Source: Candidatus Kaiserbacteria bacterium (GTDB lineage: Bacteria; Patescibacteriota; Minisyncoccia; Phycocordibacterales; UBA2100). Taken from it: 64,000 nt of DNA. The notes beneath the pieces are model-generated. The model made no database searches, was not told the origin of the DNA, and was given only the letters and a program-made list of their open reading frames with translations. A program made the translations under genes and the position numbers. Location of the stretch: positions 32,284-96,283 of the forward strand of contig JACPLC010000001.1 in assembly GCA_016186695.1 (NCBI GenBank), given 5' to 3'. Below are positions 46,454 to 55,942 of the stretch, in pieces. Position 1 is the stretch's first letter. Every line of letters starts with the position of its first letter.

Positions 46454-47220
46454 TTGCGAAGAAGGCCGAAGAAATTGAGATCCTGCGCGAGGGCGGCCGA
46501 CGCCTTGCACGGCACGTGCGGATTTTGAAAGACATAGTTGCGCCCGGCGTTTCGTCGGCTTTTCTTGAGACGAGGGCGCGAGAGATGGTGGCCAAAGACG
46601 GCGACGAAATGGCATTTTTTGGCTATAAGGGAAAGAAAGACAGAGAAGGATTCCCCTCGGGCCTTTGTGTTTCGGTGAATGACGTCATCGTGCACTCTCC
46701 CGCCGGCCAAAACGGAAAAGTCATTGAGGAGGGCGATGTCGTCTGCATCGATTTCGGCATCCGGCACCGCGGACTCTACACCGATCACGCGGTCACTGTT
46801 ATCACAGGAACAGCAAAAAGTCCTGACGACGAAAAACTTGTTCGCGGGACGCAGGAGGCGCTCGCCGCAGGTATTGCGCAGGCGCGTATCGGAAATACAA
46901 CGGGTGACATCGGCTGCGCAGTTGAGAAAATAGCCGAGAAATACAGCTTCGGATACCCTAAAAATCTCTCGGGTCATGGTGTCGGGAAACAAGTGCACGA
47001 AGAGCCGCATATCCCGAACTTCGGCAAACGTGGGGAGGGAGAAAAACTGGTGGAGGGGATGGTGATCGCGATAGAGCCGATGATGACTCTCGGTTCGGGT
47101 GAATTATACGTCGACAAAGACGGACATTCGTATCGCACGAAAGACGGTTCCCGCACCGCGCATTTCGAGCACACTGTTTTGATAACGAAAGACGGGCCAG
47201 AGATTTTGACGAAGGAATAG
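46450..47220 (+). CDS. map: methionine aminopeptidase type I
   Basis: CVSVNDVIVH, GHGVGKQVHEEP, IAIEPM, AHFEHT. Confidence 0.97.
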   Translation: MIAKKAEEIEILREGGRRLARHVRILKDIVAPGVSSAFLETRAREMVAKDGDEMAFFGYKGKKDREGFPSGLCVSVNDVIVHSPAGQNGKVIEEGDVVCIDFGIRHRGLYTDHAVTVITGTAKSPDDEKLVRGTQEALAAGIAQARIGNTTGDIGCAVEKIAEKYSFGYPKNLSGHGVGKQVHEEPHIPNFGKRGEGEKLVEGMVIAIEPMMTLGSGELYVDKDGHSYRTKDGSRTAHFEHTVLITKDGPEILTKE

Positions 47221-47234
47221 GCTAGAATGCGTCC

Positions 47235-48518
47235 ATGACGGACGTACTTCTCATCGGTGGGGGCGGACGTGAGCATGCGCTTGCGTGGAAAATTGCTCAG
47301 TCGCCGCGTATTGGGAAGCTCTATATTGCGCCGGGGAACGGCGGCACACGATTGCTGGGCGAGAATATTGCCATTGGTGCGATGGAATTTGAGAAGCTTG
47401 CGCAGTTCGCAGAAGAAAAGAAGATTGATCTCACGATATGCAGTGTGGACGATCCCTTGGTAGGCGGCATCGTCGATTTTTTCCAGTCGCGCGGCTTGCG
47501 CATTTGGGGGCCGACGAAAGCCGCAGCGCAGATAGAAGGCTCGAAAGCATTCGCAAAACAACTCATGCGCGAGGCAGGCATTCCAACGGCCGACTTTGCG
47601 GTTTTTACGAATCACGACGATGCTCTCCACTATGTACACGATCACGGCGTTCCTATCGTTATCAAAGCAAGTGGGCTTGCGCTCGGAAAGGGTGTCGCGG
47701 TATGCCGCACCTTGAAAGAAGCCGAGGTAGCACTAAAAGAAATAATGTTAAAGGGAGTTTTTAAGGATTCAGGTACGGAAGTTGTCATCGAAGAATATCT
47801 GGACGGGCAGGAGATCTCGATTCACGCGCTCTCTGATGGCAAGACGCACAAGCTTTTTCCTGTCTCACAGGATCATAAGACGATAGGCGAGGGTGATACG
47901 GGCAAGAATACCGGCGGCATGGGCACCATCGCACCCGTGCCGTGGCTTGTGCCTGAAGTGCTCTCCGATATCGAAACGCGTGTGGTAAAGCCGGCGTTGG
48001 ACGCACTTGCTGCACGCGGCGCCACCTTTGCGGGAATTTTGTATCCGGGTATCAAGATGAGCTCTTCGGGAGCGAAAGTCTTGGAATTTAACGCCCGCTT
48101 CGGCGATCCAGAGTGCCAGGTGTATATGCGGCTTCTCAAAACCGATATCCTCGATGTATTTGAATCATGTGTGGACGGAACGCTCGTGTCCCAGCAGCTC
48201 GAATGGGATTCGGGCTTCGCCGCTAACATCGTCGTAGCCTCCGGCGGGTATCCAGATACATACAAGAAAGGTTTGCCGATCACCGGAATCGAAGAAGCGG
48301 AAAAGGTGGAAGGAGTCGTCGTCTTTCATGCCGGTACACAAATGATGGAGAACGTATCTCCATCATTGGTAACATCCGGCGGCCGTGTCCTCGGCGTCTC
48401 CGCTCTCGGCGCTATTCTCGAAGAAGCACTCACCCGCGCATACGAAGCGGTCGGCAGAATTCATTTTGAAGGAATGTACTTTCGCCGCGACATCGGCGCA
48501 AAAGCCCTACTACTCTGA
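47235..48518 (+). CDS. purD: phosphoribosylamine-glycine ligase
   Basis: GGGGREHALAW, IKASGLALGKGV, QDHK, NTGGMG, EFNARFGDPE. Confidence 0.97.
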   Translation: MTDVLLIGGGGREHALAWKIAQSPRIGKLYIAPGNGGTRLLGENIAIGAMEFEKLAQFAEEKKIDLTICSVDDPLVGGIVDFFQSRGLRIWGPTKAAAQIEGSKAFAKQLMREAGIPTADFAVFTNHDDALHYVHDHGVPIVIKASGLALGKGVAVCRTLKEAEVALKEIMLKGVFKDSGTEVVIEEYLDGQEISIHALSDGKTHKLFPVSQDHKTIGEGDTGKNTGGMGTIAPVPWLVPEVLSDIETRVVKPALDALAARGATFAGILYPGIKMSSSGAKVLEFNARFGDPECQVYMRLLKTDILDVFESCVDGTLVSQQLEWDSGFAANIVVASGGYPDTYKKGLPITGIEEAEKVEGVVVFHAGTQMMENVSPSLVTSGGRVLGVSALGAILEEALTRAYEAVGRIHFEGMYFRRDIGAKALLL

Positions 48519-49430
48519 TTCTTTTGGTTTCCTAATTATTACTGCGTAAGTTCCAGCATCCATTTCCTGCGGTCCATCAGTAAGCGGATCTTCGAAATGA
48601 ATTGGGTTCACGTGATAGTGTTGTCGAAGTCTTTGGACTAATTGCTGGTCAGTTATTAGTCCGCCATCCGACAAATCTATAAGAATTTCTATGCTGCCCC
48701 CTAATTTCTCGACCTCTTTTTTAACTTGCCTCAATGGGTATGCATCGGGCGTGTTGGCATTAAAAATAAATAGTTCACCGGTGATGGGTTTTATCAGTTT
48801 CACATATCCGTAAATTTCCCCTGCTCGATGTTCCTGAAAAATGCTTCCTTTCGGTTCTGAAAGTAGATTGATCATTTGAACAATGTCGAATGAATTTTTT
48901 GCGGCATCGTAAGGAAGGCCGTTGTAAAAATATGTTCTCTCCGGTTTTTCGCTGCGAACATTACGGCTAGTAATATACCAATCCAACTCAAGTAAAGGTC
49001 GTTCTTTTTTTACTTCTGTATCTTCGACGAAGCCGTAGGCCTTATCAACTACAAAAAAGGCACGATTTGCCTCTTGGGGATCCTCATTTTCCTTTTTTGG
49101 GTAATCAAACTGGCCCGCGCCAAGGCTTAAGAATATCTGTATATCTTTCTTTGTCTCGATGCGTCTGAGCAGTGTCTCGAAGTCTTCCTGCGCGAAAGGA
49201 AAGTCAAGATCAAGTAGCGATGTTTCATTATTAGAACCATAAATTGTATAGTGGGCGCGATAAAATCCATCTCTGGTTTTCTCAAGTTTTGTGATTGGGC
49301 CAGTGTTTCTGTAAACACCACAGTGAGTAAGTATGCGCTCCGCTTTATCGAACAGTTCCTTATCCTTTATCGGGTCGAGCGTCAGCGTATTTGCTACTGC
49401 CTTGGGTGCGTCGCCCGGCCCACTTTTCAT
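48510..49430 (-). CDS. AT-rich hypothetical protein, possible divergent class I SAM methyltransferase
   Basis: IFLSLGAG (motif I-like), FVVD, LPY...NSFDIV, LIKPITGELFI. Confidence 0.55.
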   Translation of the reverse strand: MKSGPGDAPKAVANTLTLDPIKDKELFDKAERILTHCGVYRNTGPITKLEKTRDGFYRAHYTIYGSNNETSLLDLDFPFAQEDFETLLRRIETKKDIQIFLSLGAGQFDYPKKENEDPQEANRAFFVVDKAYGFVEDTEVKKERPLLELDWYITSRNVRSEKPERTYFYNGLPYDAAKNSFDIVQMINLLSEPKGSIFQEHRAGEIYGYVKLIKPITGELFIFNANTPDAYPLRQVKKEVEKLGGSIEILIDLSDGGLITDQQLVQRLRQHYHVNPIHFEDPLTDGPQEMDAGTYAVIIRKPKESE

Positions 49431-49472
49431 ATTTGCGAGTATAACACCGCTACTGTCTGCTATACTTTTTGC

Positions 49473-52322
49473 ATGCCTCCGATGTCTATGGAGCAGAAAG
49501 TTCGCGCTCCGGCCGAATCGCTGCAAAAATTCAAGTCTCCCGAAGAGGAGCTCGCGTACTTGCGTGAGCGGGTGAAGGAAAAGGAACAGCAGCTTGAGGC
49601 TGCACCGAACCGCTTCGAGAGTGACCGCATCGCGAAGCGCGAGGTTGCGGAGTATGCACAGGTGCCGCAGGCAACCGTTCTTCACGAAGCGTATGTGATG
49701 CCAGAGCACGAAACAATCCGGCACAAGCTCCGTTTGGAGCCGGAAGTGCACGACGTGCAAATGGACGAACTTTTGAAGATCGTGCAGGAGCGCGGGATCA
49801 GGAACGCTCTCTCCGTGTGCGCAAAGCTAAAAAATCCCCACCTTGAAGACGATTTCCACCGCACGCTCGTTGCCTACATTGCCGAAGGTCTTCCGGATAT
49901 GGGCACGAAGCCTCCGGAAAAAATCCGCCGCGCACTCGACCTCGTGCTTTTCATGGTTGATCCACAGGCGCATGGCGAGCGCGAAAAACAGGACAGTAGC
50001 CAGCATCGTCTTGAACAAATCCTTTCGTCCTCCGAACAACTCTATGCAGGACTCGTTTCGCTCATCGCTCCTCACGAGGGTTTTTCGCTCGAGATAGCGG
50101 TGCCCGAAGGAACGGAAGCAGCAATTCTCTATCTCGCAGTCCCGCGCCAAAAGAAAGATCTTGCCGAGCGGCTCATCGCTTCTGTGTTCCCGAACGCCCG
50201 CATCAATGAGGAGCGCGGCGATTACAACATGTTCAACTACGAAGGCTACCACGCGGGAGCCTACGCAACGCTTGCCGACACGCCCGCGTATCCGCTGAAG
50301 ACGCCCGAGATGTTCGAGCACGATCCGATGAATGTGCTCCTTGCCGCATTTGCAAAGATAGCGAAGCACGGCGAGGGTGCGGCGCTCCAGATATTGGTCG
50401 GCAAAGAGGGTGAGCGGTACAACCTCCACTTCAAAAAGATGATCCGAAGGCTCGAGAAGGGAAAGGCGCTCCATCGCGCGCTCGGCGTGCCGGAAACCGC
50501 TATCGGCGAGATGCTCTACGATTTTTCACATATGGCGTTCAAGTCCAAAAAGCAGTTGGAAGACGAGCAGCAGCGGCAATACCGCCGCAATGCTGACAAG
50601 GTGGCGAGCGAGGAAATCGAGCGGAAGATAAAGAGCCGCATCGGCCCCACTATAATCCGCCTCGCTGCCTCCGCCCCCACAAGAGATCGCGCGAATGCCA
50701 TTTTGGAAAATCTCATCGCCCCCTTCAATCAGTATGATGATCCGAAGGGGAACCATCTCGTTTTCAAGAAGATATCGAACTGGCACCTGAACTCGTTCCT
50801 GCGCGATTTCACGTACCGGATCTTCGACCACTCGTATGCCATTCCGCTCTCGCTCGCGGAGATCACCTCGATATTCCACTTCACCGCAGAACGTGTGCAA
50901 ACCTCTCGCGAGCTGAAGAGAAGCTTCGCGAAGCAGGCGCCGGCGCCTGTTGAGATGCCGCCGAGTGGCATTGTGCTCGGGGTGAACCGCTACGGCGCGG
51001 AGGAGAGGCCGGTGCATTTTGGTATGAACGATCGTCTCCGCCATTGCTACGTCATCGGGCAAACAGGTACCGGAAAGACGGGGCTTTTGAAGAACATGAT
51101 CATTCAGGACATCAAAAACGGCGAGGGTGTCGCCTTTGTCGACCCGCACGGGAACGACATTGAAGATGTGCTGGCCGCTATCCCACCGGAGCGGATGAAG
51201 GATGTCATCTACTTCGATCCTGCATACACCGCGCGTCCGATGGGGCTCAATATGCTCGAGTATGACCGCGCGCGACCGGAGATGAAGACGTTCGTGGTCG
51301 ACGAAGTGTACGGGATCTTCCGCAAGCTCTATGCCGACGTGCCCGAAGCGTTTGGTCCGATGTTCGAGCAGTACTACCGCAATGCTGTGCAGCTTGTTGT
51401 CGAGGACCCCGACACCGGAAGTACGTTCGTAGAGATTCCGCGTGTGTTTGCTGATACCGCATTTCGCAATCTCAAGCTCGCGCACTGCAAGAACCCCATC
51501 ATCGTGCAATTTTGGAAAAAGATCGCCGAGCAGGCGCAGGGTGATCCATCGCTCGAGAACGTCGCGCCCTATATCACCTCGAAGTTCGACGTCTTTCTCA
51601 CGAACGACATCATGCGGCCGGTCGTTTCGCAGGAGAAATCGGCATTCGATTTCCGGAAGATCATGGATGAGAAGAAAATTTTTCTTGCCAACCTCTCAAA
51701 AGGGCGTTTGGGCGAGCGCAATACCTCTCTCCTCGGTCTTATCCTCGTCTCCAAATTTTTGCAGGCGGCCTTTTCCCGCGTGGACACCAAGGGCGATCTT
51801 CCGATTTTCTACCTCTATATCGATGAGTTCCAGAACTTTGCAACGCCCTCGATCGGCACGATCCTATCCGAGGCTCGTAAATACAAGCTTTCGCTCGTGA
51901 TAGCGCACCAATTCATCGCGCAGCTCGACGAAAAGATCCGCGACGCGGTCGTGGGGAACGTTGGCACGAAAGCGGCATTTCGGGTCGGCACGACGGACGC
52001 AGAGTTCTTGGAAAAACAGTTCCAGCCGATCTTCGGTCAGTCGGACCTTGAAAATCTCCCGAACCGACATGCTGTATTGGCGCTTCTCGTGAATGGTGTC
52101 CCTGCCCGCCCATTCTCGATCCAGACGGAGAACCTGCCGCCCTTTGACTACAGCAAAGTTCCTCCCATCAAAGAACTCTCCTACCAGACCTACGGACGTG
52201 ACAGGGAAGAGGTGGAAGAGGAGATGCGCAAAAAGTTTGAAGCAAGCTATGGTAGACCATCTGCTCCGGATCTTGGCGCAGCACTTGGAAATCTTCCCGA
52301 TCCCGCCTCTCTCTATCAATAG
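49473..52322 (+). CDS. VirD4/TrwB/HerA-like ATPase (CPR-type type IV secretion coupling-like protein)
   Basis: RHCYVIGQTGTGKT Walker A, FVDPHG, LYIDEFQNF Walker B, SEARKY, AHQF. Confidence 0.92.
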   Translation: MPPMSMEQKVRAPAESLQKFKSPEEELAYLRERVKEKEQQLEAAPNRFESDRIAKREVAEYAQVPQATVLHEAYVMPEHETIRHKLRLEPEVHDVQMDELLKIVQERGIRNALSVCAKLKNPHLEDDFHRTLVAYIAEGLPDMGTKPPEKIRRALDLVLFMVDPQAHGEREKQDSSQHRLEQILSSSEQLYAGLVSLIAPHEGFSLEIAVPEGTEAAILYLAVPRQKKDLAERLIASVFPNARINEERGDYNMFNYEGYHAGAYATLADTPAYPLKTPEMFEHDPMNVLLAAFAKIAKHGEGAALQILVGKEGERYNLHFKKMIRRLEKGKALHRALGVPETAIGEMLYDFSHMAFKSKKQLEDEQQRQYRRNADKVASEEIERKIKSRIGPTIIRLAASAPTRDRANAILENLIAPFNQYDDPKGNHLVFKKISNWHLNSFLRDFTYRIFDHSYAIPLSLAEITSIFHFTAERVQTSRELKRSFAKQAPAPVEMPPSGIVLGVNRYGAEERPVHFGMNDRLRHCYVIGQTGTGKTGLLKNMIIQDIKNGEGVAFVDPHGNDIEDVLAAIPPERMKDVIYFDPAYTARPMGLNMLEYDRARPEMKTFVVDEVYGIFRKLYADVPEAFGPMFEQYYRNAVQLVVEDPDTGSTFVEIPRVFADTAFRNLKLAHCKNPIIVQFWKKIAEQAQGDPSLENVAPYITSKFDVFLTNDIMRPVVSQEKSAFDFRKIMDEKKIFLANLSKGRLGERNTSLLGLILVSKFLQAAFSRVDTKGDLPIFYLYIDEFQNFATPSIGTILSEARKYKLSLVIAHQFIAQLDEKIRDAVVGNVGTKAAFRVGTTDAEFLEKQFQPIFGQSDLENLPNRHAVLALLVNGVPARPFSIQTENLPPFDYSKVPPIKELSYQTYGRDREEVEEEMRKKFEASYGRPSAPDLGAALGNLPDPASLYQ

Positions 52323-52356
52323 TTTTTGAGAAAAAAACGTGCTAGTGTACTGAACA

Positions 52357-52962
52357 ATGAAGCATCCGAAAGAAGAAAGAACACTTGTACTCATCAAGCC
52401 CGATGCCATCCAGCGGGCGCTCATTGGCGAGATCGTTCGCCGGTATGAACGACTCGGTTTGAAACTAATCGGCCTCAAGATGGTTGTCCCGACCGCCGAA
52501 CACGTGGAAGGGCATTACACGCTCGATCCCAGCTGGCGGAAGGTAACGGGCGAGAAAACCATCGCGAGCTACCGTTCCCGCAATTTGCCGCCTCCTTCGG
52601 AAGACCCGCTCGAGATCACGGCAAAAATTCTCAAAAACCTCAAGAAATACCTTACCTCCGGCCCCATTATTTGCATGGTGTGGCAGGGCGCGCACGCAGT
52701 GGAACTGGTTCGCAAAATAACGGGTGGCACCGAACCGCGTACCTCTCCCGTCGGCACGATACGGGGGGATTTTGTTGTCGATTCATACGTAATGTCGGAT
52801 GCAGACGATCGCGCAGTGCGCAACCTCATCCATGCATCCGGCTCTATCTCCGAAGCCGAGATGGAAATTCCGCACTGGTTCGAAAAGAAGGAACTCATCG
52901 ACTACAAAGTGACACACGAAGATATTCTCTACGAAAAGGAACTTCGTGGCATACTTCCCTAA
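52357..52962 (+). CDS. ndk: nucleoside diphosphate kinase
   Basis: ERTLVLIKPDA, GTIRGDF, NLIHASGS. Confidence 0.95.
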   Translation: MKHPKEERTLVLIKPDAIQRALIGEIVRRYERLGLKLIGLKMVVPTAEHVEGHYTLDPSWRKVTGEKTIASYRSRNLPPPSEDPLEITAKILKNLKKYLTSGPIICMVWQGAHAVELVRKITGGTEPRTSPVGTIRGDFVVDSYVMSDADDRAVRNLIHASGSISEAEMEIPHWFEKKELIDYKVTHEDILYEKELRGILP

Positions 52963-53009
52963 ATAAAGGAGGGCGCCTCGATCGGAAGCATTTCTCTCTC
53001 TAATAGCGA

Positions 53010-53109
53010 GTGGGCGTGAGCGTTTTTGGAGTCTTCGCGCAGGCCGACGGGCCGAGCGGGAGCAATTTTTCAGTAGAAAAATATGCGACTCCGAATCGCT
53101 CACGCCCAC
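53010..53109. repeat. 100-nt long-stem inverted-repeat element (MITE/REP-like)
   Basis: GTGGGCGTGAGCG/CGCTCACGCCCAC perfect 13 bp, then TTGGAGTC/GACTCCGA; internal ATTTTTC/GAAAAAT. Confidence 0.75.
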
Positions 53110-53165
53110 GAACGAACCCCTTCTTCACATTTGCTTCCGATTGGTAGTGGTATACACTTATTCTA

Positions 53166-53286
53166 GCGGCCGGTACTTTAAACCTGCTTGGTTCAAGTAA
53201 GGGATTCCGATATCGTTTCGGGCAATTGCGCTCGAAACTGGGGAAACCCACCTGGATTCAAACCCCAGGCTTGCCGTACCTGCCGC
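53166..53286 (+). ncRNA. ssrS: candidate short 6S RNA
   Basis: Own promoter (TTGCTT-16-TACACT) and terminator. Closing stem GCGGCCGGTAC/GTACCTGCCGC, apical stem GTTTCGGGC/GCTCGAAAC. ACCCACCTG...TTCAAA resembles the 3' strand of 6S RNAs. Confidence 0.5.
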
Positions 53287-53290
53287 CCCG

Positions 53291-53316
53291 AAAAATCCGC
53301 CACAAGGCGGATTTTT
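53291..53316 (+). terminator. intrinsic terminator after the candidate ncRNA
   Basis: AAAAATCCGCC-ACAA-GGCGGATTTTT. Confidence 0.75.
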
Positions 53317-53334
53317 GGGTTAAAATACTCATCC

Positions 53335-53718
53335 ATGCAAAGGACGTTGCTCTTTATGCAGTTCGCGGTGGTCGTTGCCCTTGCGACGCTGCATATTTTT
53401 GCACTCGAGAACGATTTGTACTGGAAGTTTCAGTGGTTCGATCTCATGACACATTTTCTTGGTGGCATGTGGGCAGCCCTTTTCTTCTATTGGATCGGTT
53501 TCAGCGTTGGTCGCGCATCTAACCTTCTTCTTGCGATCGGAGGGGCATTGTTGCTTGGCCTCATGTGGGAGTTCTTTGAACTTGCTGCTGGTATATCAAA
53601 CGCACCGAACTACGTTTCGGATACTCTCATTGATCTTTTGATGGACGTTGTGGGAGCAATGTTCGTAGCAATCGCGGTGAAATCCATACTTCTCGTGCGT
53701 CGCGAATACAATTCCTAA
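53335..53718 (+). CDS. membrane protein (VanZ/DUF2238-like)
   Basis: WFDLMTHFLGG, WEFFE, DTLIDLLMDVVG. Confidence 0.8.
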   Translation: MQRTLLFMQFAVVVALATLHIFALENDLYWKFQWFDLMTHFLGGMWAALFFYWIGFSVGRASNLLLAIGGALLLGLMWEFFELAAGISNAPNYVSDTLIDLLMDVVGAMFVAIAVKSILLVRREYNS

Positions 53719-53776
53719 AGAGATGTTATACCCCGTGAGATAGCACCGCTGTATCTCATGGGGTATACTTTTTCCA

Positions 53777-54463
53777 ATGTCGAGCAAACGTGTGATGCAT
53801 CCGAATCATGTGGCAGTGCCGCGAAATTTCTGCCGGCTTCCGGGAAGTTTCGGTGTCGTAAAAATATGTGTCTCGGGCGCGGCCGAGACCGGTTACTGCG
53901 GACTTGATGCCTTCGAGAAAGCCAAAGAGCTCGGTCGCGAAATCGCCAAACAGGGGTCGATCATCACGACCGGCGCAACAACCGGATTTCCCTTGTATTC
54001 TGCGATGGGCGCAAAAGACGAGTGCGGTTTCTCGATTGGTTTCTCGCCCGCGGCGACCGAACGGGAGCACGTGGAAGTTTACAAACTTCCTCTTGATTAC
54101 ATGGACGTTGTTGTCTACACAGGGTTTGGCTACGCAGGCCGTGACCTTCTTCTCGTGCGATCCTCCGATGCAGTTGTCATCGGTTGCGGGCGCATTGGCA
54201 CCCTAAATGAGTTTTCAGTCGCGTTTGAGGACCGCCGCCCGATAGGGATTCTCGAAGGCTCGTGGAAAACCGATGAGATCCTCCGTCAGATTATCGATGC
54301 GGCGCACCGGCCGAACAACAGTATCATTTATGATTCTGACCCGAAGGCGATGGTCGAGCGTCTCGTAGAGATGGTGATGAAGGATAAGGAGAAAACAAAT
54401 CTGGTTTTCAACAACCACGACCAATGGAGCGCGACGGGGAAAAACGCGGAGTATATACTATAG
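53777..54463 (+). CDS. LOG/SLOG family Rossmann-fold nucleotide-binding protein
   Basis: ICVSGAA, TGATTGFP, RDLLLVRSSDAVV, GRIGTLNEF. Confidence 0.85.
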   Translation: MSSKRVMHPNHVAVPRNFCRLPGSFGVVKICVSGAAETGYCGLDAFEKAKELGREIAKQGSIITTGATTGFPLYSAMGAKDECGFSIGFSPAATEREHVEVYKLPLDYMDVVVYTGFGYAGRDLLLVRSSDAVVIGCGRIGTLNEFSVAFEDRRPIGILEGSWKTDEILRQIIDAAHRPNNSIIYDSDPKAMVERLVEMVMKDKEKTNLVFNNHDQWSATGKNAEYIL

Positions 54464-54470
54464 ATGCCAT

Positions 54471-54647
54471 ATGAAATCACCGACGATTGTCTATGCGATT
54501 GTCGGACTCTTTGTGGGAGGGTTTCTCAACTATATTTTGACCGGCGGCTCTACCCAAATGGGCGATCTCCTGACCGGCGCGATCTTCGGCCTTGCGATCG
54601 GACTTTTTCTCGGGATCGCAAAATACAATATCCTCGACAGGAAATAG
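54471..54647 (+). CDS. 58-aa two-TM microprotein (not in ORF track)
   Basis: MKSPTIVYAIVGLFVGGFLNYILTGGSTQMGDLLTGAIFGLAIGLFLGIAKYNILDRK*. Confidence 0.65.
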   Translation: MKSPTIVYAIVGLFVGGFLNYILTGGSTQMGDLLTGAIFGLAIGLFLGIAKYNILDRK

Positions 54648-54655
54648 TCTGGGGG

Positions 54656-55000
54656 TTAGGCGAGATTCTTCACGATCCGCTCAAATGCGGCAGGATAATC
54701 TTTCGCAAGTGTTGCAAGTGACTTACGATCAAGCCCGATTTTATTTTTTTTGAGAGTGGCGATGAGTTTGGAATACGAAAGCCCAAGCGGCCGGACTGCA
54801 GCGTTGATGCGAAGCGTCCAAAGATTCCGGAATTCACGCTTCTTCGCTCTGCGATGCCTGAATGCGTAGGATCCGGCGTGAAAGATTGCCTCACGCGCAA
54901 CACGTTCTTTCTTCGAGCGGTCGAAGCGGTAGCCCTTCGTCTGCGCAAGAATATTCTTGCGTCGCTTGGTCTTCGTCACACCTCTTTTTACCCGTGCCAT
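54656..55000 (-). CDS. rplT: 50S ribosomal protein L20
   Basis: MARVKRG, KKREFRNLWTLRINAA, LDRKSLA. Confidence 0.97.
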   Translation of the reverse strand: MARVKRGVTKTKRRKNILAQTKGYRFDRSKKERVAREAIFHAGSYAFRHRRAKKREFRNLWTLRINAAVRPLGLSYSKLIATLKKNKIGLDRKSLATLAKDYPAAFERIVKNLA

Positions 55001-55040
55001 AAAAATTAGAAGAAAGAAGACTTGAAGCAAGAAGTAAGAA

Positions 55041-55229
55041 CTAACGGGGAAGGAAACGGCTTCGGTCGAGGTTAGAGAATTGGCCGTTCAGCCTTTGGGA
55101 GCGGCGGCGGCGCTGGCGGCCGGTGCCGCTTTCTTTCGCGTTAAAGTGGTTGTGGCCTGGGACGCGTGCGACGATCTTGCCTTTGCGCGTCACCCGCAGG
55201 CGTTTCAAGAATGACTTGTTGGATTTCAT
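55041..55229 (-). CDS. rpmI: 50S ribosomal protein L35
   Basis: MKSNKSFLKRLRVTRKGKI...GHNHFNAK. Confidence 0.93.
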   Translation of the reverse strand: MKSNKSFLKRLRVTRKGKIVARVPGHNHFNAKESGTGRQRRRRSQRLNGQFSNLDRSRFLPR

Positions 55230-55289
55230 ACAAAAGCCGCTTTCTAGCGGCCGGACCATTATGCCTGAATCAGCTCCAGTTTGCAACCT

Positions 55290-55895
55290 TTACGCGCTTT
55301 CTGCTTCTGATGCCGGCACGGCTTTCGGGGCGGGTTTTGGTACGTTCTTTTTCGATGCATCTCTTTCGAGAACGACCGAAAGACCCTTCGGACTTTTCTG
55401 TATCTCTTCGGCGATCTTGTAGCTCTCGGGAATGATCGCGAGAAAGCGCTCAAGGCGCTCCTTGAGAAATTTGAATTCCATGTACTTGTAGCGTCCCCAA
55501 AGGAAAAGGTCTACCTTCACGCGGTGTCCCTCTTTCAGCCACGCGGCAGCTTTCGATGCCTTGATGTGCATGTCGCGCTCCGACGTGCCGATCTTTACCT
55601 GCGTTACCTTCGTCTCCGTCACGTGTGCCTTCGACTTCACCTCCTTTTCTTTTTTCTTGAGTTCGTACTTGAACTTGCCGTAGTCAGTGATCTTCGCGAC
55701 CGGTGGTACGGCATTCGGCGAGATCTCGATAAGATCGAGCCCCAGTTCGACTGCCTTTGCGATCGCGTCTCTGGTCTGCATGACACCGAGATTGCCTCCC
55801 TCGGGTCCGATGACACGCACTTCGCGCGCGCGAATGCCCTCGTTCATGCGGATGCGTTCTTTCTCCGCCTGCGATGTGTACTTCGTGAATCCCAT
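55290..55895 (-). CDS. infC: translation initiation factor IF-3
   Basis: MNEGIRAREVRVI, LDLIEISPNAVPPVAKITDYGKFKYE. Confidence 0.96.
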   Translation of the reverse strand: MGFTKYTSQAEKERIRMNEGIRAREVRVIGPEGGNLGVMQTRDAIAKAVELGLDLIEISPNAVPPVAKITDYGKFKYELKKKEKEVKSKAHVTETKVTQVKIGTSERDMHIKASKAAAWLKEGHRVKVDLFLWGRYKYMEFKFLKERLERFLAIIPESYKIAEEIQKSPKGLSVVLERDASKKNVPKPAPKAVPASEAESA

Positions 55896-55942
55896 TTGGT
55901 GCGGGTACTATAGCACGGAGTGAAGAAATCTACAGGAGAACA

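Noticed and set aside
49473-52322. Conjugative element or ICE
   Set aside because: No relaxase, VirB4, mating-pair genes or integrase nearby; stand-alone ATPases of this type are typical chromosomal CPR genes.
53184-53270. tRNA suggested by GGTTCAA and GGATTCAAACCCC
   Set aside because: No cloverleaf with acceptor and anticodon stems can be formed; a rod-like ncRNA fits better.
54464-54721. 85-aa Cys-rich ORF from the track
   Set aside because: It overlaps rplT, and the other-frame 58-aa membrane ORF is more plausible.
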